Of a stretch of DNA of 32,000 bases, positions 19,722-27,195 are shown piece after piece. The position numbers and the translations under genes are program-made. The DNA comes from Lentzea sp. NPDC051838 (GTDB taxonomy: Bacteria > Actinomycetota > Actinomycetes > Mycobacteriales > Pseudonocardiaceae), in contig NZ_JBFAYI010000006.1 of assembly GCF_040681245.1 (NCBI RefSeq), forward strand, positions 19,198-51,197, given 5' to 3'. Positions within the stretch are counted from its first letter, which is position 1. Every line of letters begins with the position of its first letter. A model generated the notes under the pieces. The model was given only the letters and a program-made list of their open reading frames with translations. It was not told the DNA's origin and did no database searches.

Positions 19722-20887
19722 CTCAGCCCGCCGACGGCGAGGCACAGGGTCAGCAGCAGCGCGACCGGCGTGCGCGTGAAACCGAGGAACAGCAACCCCT
19801 TCGGCACCGGCACGGTCTCCGCGAACCGCTGCGCCTCGCTCAGCAGCAGCCCGGCGAACATCAGGAACACCACCACGAGCGGCAACGTGCGTCCCATCGC
19901 ACCGACCGCGACGAGTGAACCGCTGGTGATGACGACGATCGCCGCCGTGAACCACCAGTGATGCGGCGAGTGCCAGGGCCCCTTGGCACTGCGGGCCATC
20001 AGCCAGTTGCCGAACAGCACCGCGACCGCGGTCAGCACCAGCACCCGCATCGCCGTCGGCACGCCCTGCCCGTCCGGCTCGTAAGCCATGGGTACGTAAG
20101 CGATCCCGAGCGCGACGAGCGGCAGCACGGCGAAGGTTCGCGCGACCCGCATGGCCGCGACCCGGTGTTCCTGGTTCGGCCTGTTCGCCGCCTTGACCCG
20201 CGCCTCGTTCGCCTCACCGAGCTTGCTGCGCGCGGCTTCGGCGTCCCCTTGCTCCCAGACGACCCACACCAACCCGAGGAACACCACGACGCCGAGCACC
20301 ACCGCGTACCCGGTCAGTTGCCGCGGCCCGTAGACCCAGCCGACAGCCCCGACCAGAACGCACAAACCCAGCCGTATCAACGATCCCAGCTCCGGCCGGG
20401 CACTGCGCCACGTCTTCTGCGGCCACGACGTCAGCACCAGCCGCCGCGTCACGAACCACACACTGGCCCCGAGCGCCACGGCCGCGATCCACATAGCGAG
20501 CCCGACCCCGGGCTGCCGCAATGACCTCGTGTCGCCGAACAACAGCAGCGCCACCACGACAGCTGTGACCGCCGCCGGAACCCTGAGGCGCCCCAACGCC
20601 CACAGGTGCGCCCGCACCCACCGGTCGCGGTTGCGCCACGCCGACTCACCGGCCACCAGCCCCAGCAACCCGAGCGCGCCGTAGCCGACGGGATTGCCAC
20701 CGAGGTGCGCTATGGCGAGCACGCCGATCGGCACCGCCCGCGGAATGGGACTCTCCGCGAGAGTGACGCTGCGCAACGGCGACGGTTGCGCATTCAGTTC
20801 CTTTGTCCGAAGCCACTGCCAAGCGCGCCACAGCAGTGGGACGTACACCGCGATGAAGACCGCGTCGACGAGGAGTGCAATGCTCAT
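19625..20887 (-). CDS. Polytopic integral membrane protein of unknown function (420 aa)
   Basis: ATG 20885-20887 has GGGAGG 5 nt upstream. By eye there are about 11-12 hydrophobic segments. No family is recognised. Its 3' end overlaps the convergent TetR gene by 97 nt. Confidence 0.65.
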   Translation of the reverse strand: MSIALLVDAVFIAVYVPLLWRAWQWLRTKELNAQPSPLRSVTLAESPIPRAVPIGVLAIAHLGGNPVGYGALGLLGLVAGESAWRNRDRWVRAHLWALGRLRVPAAVTAVVVALLLFGDTRSLRQPGVGLAMWIAAVALGASVWFVTRRLVLTSWPQKTWRSARPELGSLIRLGLCVLVGAVGWVYGPRQLTGYAVVLGVVVFLGLVWVVWEQGDAEAARSKLGEANEARVKAANRPNQEHRVAAMRVARTFAVLPLVALGIAYVPMAYEPDGQGVPTAMRVLVLTAVAVLFGNWLMARSAKGPWHSPHHWWFTAAIVVITSGSLVAVGAMGRTLPLVVVFLMFAGLLLSEAQRFAETVPVPKGLLFLGFTRTPVALLLTLCLAVGGLSYPTDAVESWSTNLRQVVRMASTVMAFEPAST

Positions 20888-21021
20888 CTCGGCCTCCCAA
20901 GGTTCGGGACAACCGTGGAGTCGCAGGTCACAGCCTCGGGGTTACCTGCTTTAGCTCGTCCGGGTGAAATCAGGGTTCATCCCCGATGCAACAGGTGGAC
21001 TAGTTGCCGCATTGTGGGTAT

Positions 21022-21216
21022 ATGACCACGACAGTTGCATTGAGCAGGCCCAGGACCAACCGGATGATCGCGGGTGTGTGCGCGGGGCTCGCCCAGCGCT
21101 GGGGCATGAAGGCGGGCACAGTGCGCCTTCTGTTCCTGCTGTCCTGCCTTCTGCCGGGACCGCAGTTCGTCGTCTACCTCGTGCTGTGGGTGATCATGCC
21201 CGACCGCGGCTACTGA
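21022..21216 (+). CDS. PspC-domain membrane protein (64 aa)
   Basis: MTTTVALSRPRTNRMIAGVCAGLAQRWGMKAGTVRLLFLL...VLWVIMP carries the R-x-x-x-x-x-IAGVCAGLA signature of PspC domains. Confidence 0.8.
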   Translation: MTTTVALSRPRTNRMIAGVCAGLAQRWGMKAGTVRLLFLLSCLLPGPQFVVYLVLWVIMPDRGY

Positions 21217-21228
21217 TTCACTGGCCGG

Positions 21229-21483
21229 GTGCCAGAAAAACTGACCGTCGACCTGCACCCGATCTACCGCAGCGACCGCGACATCGCCGCCGCGGTGCGC
21301 ACCGTGCTCTTCCGGGCCGCCGGGGAGAAGGTGCCGCTGGTGGAGATCATCGTGGGCAAGGGTTCGGGGAAGCTGCGGGGCCGGGTGCTCGCGATGCTGA
21401 AGCAGCCTCACGTGAAGAAGCTGTACCGGCGCGTCGAGGTGGCGCCGGGCAACGACGGAATGGTGCTCGTGCACCTGAAGTAG
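21229..21483 (+). CDS. Smr-domain protein (84 aa)
   Basis: LTVDLHP...VEIIVGKGSGKLRGRVLAMLKQ...V resembles the Smr pattern (LDLHG ... IIHGKGSG.L). GTG start. It lies 12 nt after the PspC gene. Confidence 0.65.
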   Translation: MPEKLTVDLHPIYRSDRDIAAAVRTVLFRAAGEKVPLVEIIVGKGSGKLRGRVLAMLKQPHVKKLYRRVEVAPGNDGMVLVHLK

Positions 21484-21484
21484 G

Positions 21485-21640
21485 TCAGGCGCCGACCAGC
21501 CGCAGGAACGCCTCCCACGCTGCCGGGCTCACCGGCACGTGGGCGGCGGGCGCTTTGGAGTCCCGGATACCGATGCCGCGACCGATCTCGACGCAGTCCG
21601 AGCTGGTAGCGCTGTAGCTGCTCTTCCGCCACTCCGCCAT
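21485..21640 (-). CDS. DUF397-domain protein (51 aa)
   Basis: My own translation is MAEWRKSSYSATSSDCVEIGRGIGIRDSKAPAAHVPVSPAAWEAFLRLVGA. The W-R-K-S-S-Y-S...C-V-E motif is diagnostic for DUF397. GGAGG lies 8 nt upstream of ATG 21638-21640, and the start is 13 nt after the XRE-type gene's stop. The track lists only a wrong-frame ORF here. Confidence 0.8.
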   Translation of the reverse strand: MAEWRKSSYSATSSDCVEIGRGIGIRDSKAPAAHVPVSPAAWEAFLRLVGA

Positions 21641-21653
21641 CCGAGTCGCCTCC

Positions 21654-22472
21654 TCAGGACACGATGCTGGTGATCAACTCCCTCGATTCTTCCTTACCGA
21701 GGGCGACGCGGTCCATCATCTTCAGCGCGTCCTGGTAGAGGCTGACCGATGCCTTGTCGTCGAGGAACAACGCCGAGTTCAGCCCGCCTTCGAAGACGAC
21801 CGGCTCGTACTTCTCGAACTTCAGCAGGGTGAAGTCACTGGTCAAAGCGCGACCCGCGGGAAGCACTCGCAAGGTGATGTACGGCCGCACCAACATGCGG
21901 AGCAGTTCGTGGAGTTGCGCCCTCAACACTGCGTCGCTACCCACCGGCGAGTGCAGCACCGGTTCGTACAGATAGAAAACGAACTTCTTGTGCCCCGCGA
22001 CGATTCCTCGGCGTTCGGTCCGAGCCGCGACCCATTCCCAGATGTTCTCGTCCTCGACGAACGGCGAGTCCTCGGCCAAGGCGCGCGCGTACGGCTCGAT
22101 CTGCAGCAGTCCGGAGATGAACAGCGAACTCCAGTGCACGATCTCCTTGGCGAGCCGTTCGTGCAGGATCAGCGTCCGGACGTGGGGCGGCAGCACTGAC
22201 TCGTAGACCTGCAGCCACCCCTTCTCCCGCGACTCCAGGAACAGACCCTTCAGATACTGGAACTCGTCCGGCTTGACGCCACACACTCCGAGCAGGAAGG
22301 CGAACTCTTCGAGCGACGTGCCACCCTTGCCGTTGACGAGATCCGACAACTTGGCGTGCTCCCAGCCGAGCCGCCGGGCGAGCTCAGCCTCCTTCATGCC
22401 GGTTCGTGCGATCATCTCGCGGAGGCGCTCACCGAACTCTCGTCCCAGCACTGTGGACACTCGCTTTGGCAT
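21654..22472 (-). CDS. XRE-family HTH regulator with DUF5753-type C-terminal domain
   Basis: The N-terminal LGREFGERLREMIARTGMKEAELARRLGWEHAKLSDLVNGK is an XRE/Cro-type HTH. The roughly 190-aa C-terminal domain and the downstream DUF397 partner match the common actinomycete HTH_31-DUF5753/DUF397 pair. Confidence 0.85.
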   Translation of the reverse strand: MPKRVSTVLGREFGERLREMIARTGMKEAELARRLGWEHAKLSDLVNGKGGTSLEEFAFLLGVCGVKPDEFQYLKGLFLESREKGWLQVYESVLPPHVRTLILHERLAKEIVHWSSLFISGLLQIEPYARALAEDSPFVEDENIWEWVAARTERRGIVAGHKKFVFYLYEPVLHSPVGSDAVLRAQLHELLRMLVRPYITLRVLPAGRALTSDFTLLKFEKYEPVVFEGGLNSALFLDDKASVSLYQDALKMMDRVALGKEESRELITSIVS

Positions 22473-22478
22473 GGCTCG

Positions 22479-22484
22479 AAATTA
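22479..22484 (-). promoter_or_regulatory. Candidate -10 hexamer TAATTT placed for a leaderless transcript of the XRE-type gene
   Basis: The minus strand reads GTGGAC-16 nt-TAATTT-cgagcc-ATG. The hexamer ends 6 nt before the start codon and I see no RBS-like purine run. This is pattern-based only. Confidence 0.3.
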
Positions 22485-22544
22485 GCGCCGTGACGCTTCC
22501 GTCCACTATCGTTTCGGGCCCAAAATGACCTGAAAGAAGCAGAT

Positions 22545-22559
22545 GTAGAAGGGTTCTAC
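22545..22559 (-). terminator. Short hairpin after the VWA gene (weak terminator candidate)
   Basis: GTAGAA-ggg-TTCTAC forms a perfect 6-bp stem. It begins 5 nt past the stop codon at 22564-22566 and is followed on the minus strand by ATCTGCTTCTTTC. Confidence 0.3.
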
Positions 22560-22563
22560 GGAT

Positions 22564-23766
22564 TCAGCCGATCGTCACCACCCGAGCCCAGTCGGGTGGC
22601 AGGCGTGGGCGGTAGTCGGGGTCGTACTCGCGCACCCGACGCTCCCGCTCGAACAACCCCACCACCGTCCGACAGGCGGGTTTCGCGTCGGGCCACGGCG
22701 TGTGGCCGTCGGTCAGAGCGACGACCACATCGGGGCGTGTGCGCAGCGCACGAGTGAAGCCCTCGCGCAGATCCGTGCCACCACCACCGATCAACGGGAT
22801 CCCTTCCGCAGCACACAACGGCCCGGTGATGTGGGCGGCGGCATCGCAGGACATGACCGAGACGAGGTCACGCCGTCCACCCACCGCCCGGACGATCGCG
22901 GCGATCTCCAGAAGCGCGCTCCCGAGTTCGGTGTCGCTCACCGAACCGGACGTGTCGACGATTACGACGACCCGCGGCGGACGGCGGCGCAGGCTCGGGA
23001 GCACGACTCCGGGCACGCTGGCTGACCGGCGTGCGGGGCGGCCGTAGGTGTAGTCCTCCCCCACTCCGGGGCCGGACACCGCTGAACGCACGGCCGCGCC
23101 CAGCAGGTCGCGCCACGGCTGCGGCGGGTGGAACGCCTCCTCCGCCCACCGCTGCCAGCCGGCAGGAACTGAGCCCGGCGAAGCGTTGATGCCTTGTGCC
23201 ACGCGGAATCTGACGGCGTCGCGCTCCTGGACGCTGAGCCCGTGCGCGCCATCGGGTCCCAGGTCCCATGCCCGGTCCAGGCCGTCCGCGCCGCTGCCGC
23301 AGTCGAGCCACGCGAACGCGTTGGTCAGCCGCCCGAGCCGGAACTGGCGCAGGTAGTCCTCCATCAGCTCCCCCGGAGACAACCGCAACGTCTCCGGCTG
23401 GACCGCGCCCTCGGCGCATTCCAGGCCGTCGCCGAACACGTCGTCGTTGATCTCGCAGTCCGCGGCGATGTTCATCCGCAACCGCTCTCCCGGCCCGGCC
23501 AGTTCGTTAGCGATCGCGTATCGGTCGCCGCGCCCGTGGTGGTCGCGGAGCAGGTGCGAGACCTCGTGCACCCACACGCCGGCCAGCTCCTCCAACGGCG
23601 TCCGGGAGACGAACGCCGGTGAGACGTAGCAGCGCCAGTGACGGTCCACGGCCATCGTCGGCACCTGCCGCGACTCCACTACGTGCAGGGCGAACAAAGC
23701 CGTTGCCAGGTAAGGACGGCACCGGACCGCGTACAACCGCGCGGCGAACAGCTTCTCGGTGTCCAT
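22564..23766 (-). CDS. HExxH metallopeptidase-like N-domain fused to VWA-like domain (DUF2201_N + DUF2201 architecture)
   Basis: 400 aa. The N-terminal half has WVHEVSHLLRDHH (HExxH). The C-terminal half has VVVIVDTSGSVS (DxSxS MIDAS), GGGGTDL and ALTDGHTPWP. Its ATG (23764-23766) overlaps the upstream gene's TGA (TGATG). Confidence 0.85.
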   Translation of the reverse strand: MDTEKLFAARLYAVRCRPYLATALFALHVVESRQVPTMAVDRHWRCYVSPAFVSRTPLEELAGVWVHEVSHLLRDHHGRGDRYAIANELAGPGERLRMNIAADCEINDDVFGDGLECAEGAVQPETLRLSPGELMEDYLRQFRLGRLTNAFAWLDCGSGADGLDRAWDLGPDGAHGLSVQERDAVRFRVAQGINASPGSVPAGWQRWAEEAFHPPQPWRDLLGAAVRSAVSGPGVGEDYTYGRPARRSASVPGVVLPSLRRRPPRVVVIVDTSGSVSDTELGSALLEIAAIVRAVGGRRDLVSVMSCDAAAHITGPLCAAEGIPLIGGGGTDLREGFTRALRTRPDVVVALTDGHTPWPDAKPACRTVVGLFERERRVREYDPDYRPRLPPDWARVVTIG

Positions 23767-24935
23767 CAGCGCGCACCCACGAGGTCGGCTCGGGCCGACA
23801 ACGACACCGCCCCGGCCAGCTTCTCGATCTCCGCCGGAACCTGCCAGTCGTCCTGCCGCAGCGATGCCAACGTGGCCGCGGGCACGACCACCAGGTCAGG
23901 TGCCCCGGTTTCCAGTGCCAGCACCAAAAGCGCCCACGCCGCGTTCCAGCGGGACTCCTCCGGACGCTTGCGCACCGCCGCGACCACACCGTCGAGCACC
24001 ACCTGACGCAGATCGCCGCGCTCGGGCAGAACCGCAGACGCCGGATCTGCCAACAACGTCTCGGGGTCGGGCAGGTCCATCCGGTCCAGGCTCGCGAGGA
24101 GCTCCAGACCGGGGCCGTCCCCCACCGCGCCCCGCACCAGCGTCGACAGCACCTCGCGAGAAGTGCTTGCGGCGGTGGCGAAAGCGATCAGCCGCAACGC
24201 CATCTCCCAGCTGCGAGGCGATGGCCACGCTCCGCCACGGCGTGCTTCGTTCTTCGGGAGCTGATGCACGAGGTTCGGCCGCACCGCGAGAAGTTCGCAC
24301 ACGGCCCGCCGAGCGAAGGCGACCGACTCGGTCAGTCGCGAGGAATCCAGCTGTGGCAACGATGCCTGAGGCCACGTGCCACCCAGGCCTCGCACCACGA
24401 CGTCGTGGTCGTACGTCCACTGCAGATGGACGAACCTGTTGGCCAGCGGCGGACTCAGCTCCCAGCCGTCGGCGGCGGACGATCGCGGGTTCGCGGCGGC
24501 CACGATCCGGATGCCAGGAGGAAGCTTCAACGCGCCGACCCGGCGTTCGAGCACAACCCGCAACAACGCGGCCTGGACTGCAGGAGGGGCAGTGGACAAC
24601 TCGTCCAGGAACAGGAGCCCGTGGCCATCACGGACCAGCCGCACCGCCCAGTCCGGCGGCGCCATCGGCACGCCCTGAGTGGCGGGATCGTCGCCCACCA
24701 CGGGCAGGCCGGAGAAGTCGGACGGCTCGTGCACGCTGGCGATCACCGTCGTCAACGGGAGTCCGAGCTCGTCGGCGAGCTGGGTGAGGGCCGCGGTCTT
24801 GCCGATTCCCGGCTCGCCCCACAGCAGTACGGGCAGGTCGGCCGAGACCGCGAGCATCAACGCCTCCAGCTGGAGGTCGGTGCGTGGCTCGGTGGTCGTG
24901 TCGTTCAGGAGTGCGAGCAGAGCAGCAGCAGTCAT
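23766..24935 (-). CDS. MoxR-like AAA+ ATPase (AAA_5 type)
   Basis: I place the start at ATG 24933-24935 (MTAAALLALL...), which has GAAGGTGA upstream. The Arg/Pro-rich extension to 25175 in the track is rejected. Motifs: Walker A LLWGEPGIGKTA, Walker B GLLFLDELS, then RIVAAANP and PPLANRF. Confidence 0.85.
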   Translation of the reverse strand: MTAAALLALLNDTTTEPRTDLQLEALMLAVSADLPVLLWGEPGIGKTAALTQLADELGLPLTTVIASVHEPSDFSGLPVVGDDPATQGVPMAPPDWAVRLVRDGHGLLFLDELSTAPPAVQAALLRVVLERRVGALKLPPGIRIVAAANPRSSAADGWELSPPLANRFVHLQWTYDHDVVVRGLGGTWPQASLPQLDSSRLTESVAFARRAVCELLAVRPNLVHQLPKNEARRGGAWPSPRSWEMALRLIAFATAASTSREVLSTLVRGAVGDGPGLELLASLDRMDLPDPETLLADPASAVLPERGDLRQVVLDGVVAAVRKRPEESRWNAAWALLVLALETGAPDLVVVPAATLASLRQDDWQVPAEIEKLAGAVSLSARADLVGAR

Positions 24936-24949
24936 GATCACCTTCGAGG

Positions 24950-26062
24950 TCAGCAGAAAGCGGCGAGACCGGCGCGGTAGAGGCCGTGCAGCACCTTGCG
25001 GCGCGCGGCCGTCTCCAGTTCGTCGCGCAGTTCGCCGTCGCGCAGGAGCGCGTCGGGTCCGAGGAGGTCTTCGACCACGGCGAGAGCACCGGCGGTGTCG
25101 CCGTGGTCCAGGCGGGCGCGCACGTCCACGAGGCTGGCCGGATGCCGGTGTGCCGCGTCGATCGCTTGCAGGCACGGCACACCGTTGCCTCCCAACGCGA
25201 CCAGCAGCTCTTCGCGGCGGATCTCATCAGGCGAGTGGTCCAACGGCACGAGCACGCCGTCCACGACGCCGATGCGGTGCGTGGAGCCACGGCACTGGAC
25301 GAGACGTGAATCCCTTGGCGTGCCAGGACTTCGTGCCACAGCGGACGTGCCGAGAAGCGCGGACGCGACCAGCGGGTGCAACCGATCGGCGTCGATCAGC
25401 CCGGCGCGCAACAGTTCCACGTCGGGAGGCACCCAGATCGAGGCGTCGGGCAGCTGGAACGGCTTGCCCGGAGCGTCCGGGTTCAGCACGATTCGACGCC
25501 GGTGACCCAGCCGCACGACGACGGGTCTGTCCGCACCGCCCAGCAACGCGGCCTCGCCCTGCCACCGCTCGGGCGGGTCGCCGCACGACCGTTCTCGCAG
25601 CTCAGAGGCCCTACGTGCGTCCCAGAGGTGGCGGTGCTGGTCGAGGCGGAAACGCCGATCGGGCCGAGGCGAGTCCAGCAACGCGAGGCTGATCCGTTGG
25701 CCGGCGCTCGCCCACGCCGGCGGCGTCCGCGCGACCAGGTGCAGCTCGCCGTAACGAGCCAGGGAAACGGTGAGCCCCGGCCGCAGCAGACCGTCGGGAC
25801 TGATTCGAGGAAAGTGCCATCGCAGCAGGTCAGGAGCCAGGTGACGCAGATCAGCGCGGATGGTGGACGCGACGTGGCTGCCGTGAACACGGCTCACAGC
25901 ACGAAGGTTCAGATCCACGTCGACCCGCGCGGCAGCACAGGCAGCCGACCAGTCACCCGCAAGGCGGCGGGCGGTCGCGGACTCGATCATCGATGCCGGC
26001 ACGGCGAACTCGCGCACGTGCGACCAGAAAGCGAGGCGGGAGTCGTTCGCGGTCAAGTGCAT
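24950..26062 (-). CDS. Conserved-looking hypothetical protein (370 aa), first gene of the AAA/VWA operon
   Basis: ATG 26060-26062 has GGTGAG 5 nt upstream (GTG 26066-26068 is an alternative). The stop lies 14 nt before the AAA gene's start. No domain is recognised. There is a Cys/His cluster: VQCRGSTHRIGVVDGVLVPLDH...VPCLQAIDAAHRH. Confidence 0.7.
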   Translation of the reverse strand: MHLTANDSRLAFWSHVREFAVPASMIESATARRLAGDWSAACAAARVDVDLNLRAVSRVHGSHVASTIRADLRHLAPDLLRWHFPRISPDGLLRPGLTVSLARYGELHLVARTPPAWASAGQRISLALLDSPRPDRRFRLDQHRHLWDARRASELRERSCGDPPERWQGEAALLGGADRPVVVRLGHRRRIVLNPDAPGKPFQLPDASIWVPPDVELLRAGLIDADRLHPLVASALLGTSAVARSPGTPRDSRLVQCRGSTHRIGVVDGVLVPLDHSPDEIRREELLVALGGNGVPCLQAIDAAHRHPASLVDVRARLDHGDTAGALAVVEDLLGPDALLRDGELRDELETAARRKVLHGLYRAGLAAFC

Positions 26063-26148
26063 CAGCACTCACCTTGAGCGAACGAAACCCCCGATCTGTT
26101 CGAGGTGGTGATCATCGCCGCAACCGTAGCAGGGCGCGCAAGGGACTT

Positions 26149-26952
26149 TCACCGGTCCGAGTCCACCGGGATGCCCTCAAGCTCCTCCGTGACGCTCGTG
26201 AACGCCTCCGGCTGCACCCGCAACACCCCGCTGAACGGATGCGTCATGCCAAGGCACAACGCACACACGAACGCGAGCACCGCAGCGGTGACGGACATCT
26301 GCACGACGTGCCGCGCCCGAGCCGTGAACCCGATGAGCAACGGGAACACGATCATGCCGATGGCACCGACGATGGTGCCGATGAGCATGAACTTCCCGGT
26401 GTTGTCGAGCCCGCCGGCCTGGTCCAGCCGGTCACGCCGCAGGTCCGTGATCTCCCGGATCCGCTCCAGCACCCGCTCCCGCGCGCTCTTCACCTGGTCC
26501 GGAGTGGACGGCAGCGTCAGCACCTCGGTGTGCAGCGAGTTCAACGTCGACGTGGTGCTGTCGTCGGCCGAACCGTCGGCCAGCGCGGGCCATTCCTTGT
26601 CCGCCACCAGTTTCGGGTACTCGACCAGCAGCGAGCGGATGCGATCACGTTGCGGTTGCGGCATCACACCGGTCTGCCAGTACGCATCTGCGATGGCGGC
26701 GGCCTCACGGGCCGCGTTGTCCTCGGCAGCGCCGTTCTCCTCCCACACGATCACCATGTAGAACGCCAGCGCCACGATGAACAGGCCGGAGACCACCGCG
26801 CCCAGGAATCCGCGGGAGTCGGCGTCGCGGTCGTCTGCCTGTTCGTGTGCGCGGGAGCGGCCGAACAGGAGACAGGCGGCGATGGTCACGACCACCGACG
26901 CGACGACGATGACGAGCGCGGTCCACATGGCCTCCATCTCCCCACACCCCAC
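26149..26952 (-). CDS. DUF4239-like membrane protein
   Basis: There are two N-terminal and two C-terminal hydrophobic helices flanking a soluble helical middle (AAAIADAYWQT...RERVLERIREITDLRRDRL), which matches my memory of DUF4239 proteins. The start is ambiguous: GTG 26952, ATG 26937 or ATG 26928. Confidence 0.6.
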   Translation of the reverse strand: MGCGEMEAMWTALVIVVASVVVTIAACLLFGRSRAHEQADDRDADSRGFLGAVVSGLFIVALAFYMVIVWEENGAAEDNAAREAAAIADAYWQTGVMPQPQRDRIRSLLVEYPKLVADKEWPALADGSADDSTTSTLNSLHTEVLTLPSTPDQVKSARERVLERIREITDLRRDRLDQAGGLDNTGKFMLIGTIVGAIGMIVFPLLIGFTARARHVVQMSVTAAVLAFVCALCLGMTHPFSGVLRVQPEAFTSVTEELEGIPVDSDR

Positions 26953-27195
26953 CGCCGTTTGACCACCAACACCACGCTTCTCGGCGGTCTTCCCCGCCCA
27001 TCAAGAGCAATGCGGCGTTGATCAAGCACACAGCAAGTCCACATCGGATGACACACGCAGAAGCCGTTGACACGAATAGGAGAACCGAACCACGAGCGTC
27101 CTCGACGGAGAGTGAGCACGCCGTGATCAACCGCCGGTGACAACGACCGGAATGCGTGCCAACCTGTGCGCCGAAGCCGACCGGGAAGGCGTCGC

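Noticed and set aside
18822-19955. 377-aa minus-strand ORF across the ligase/TetR junction
   Set aside because: It is antisense to two well-supported plus-strand genes and spans their intergenic RBS. It contains no motifs.
23619-25692. Plus-strand ORFs of 453, 342 and 337 aa, and the 24936-25175 extension of the AAA gene
   Set aside because: They are antisense to, or N-terminal over-extensions of, the AAA/VWA operon genes. They consist of extreme Arg/Pro/Ala runs. The AAA gene has an RBS-supported ATG at 24935, 14 nt after the upstream stop.
27018-27131. Repeated TGATCA-containing palindromes (GTTGATCAAG at about 27018, GTGATCAAC at about 27123, plus others at about 8569 and in the 14023-14029 hairpin loop) as a possible shared operator
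   Set aside because: Only a 6-7-nt core is shared, and the flanks differ. A hexamer recurring a few times in 32 kb is within chance expectation. I could not link the sites to any one regulator.
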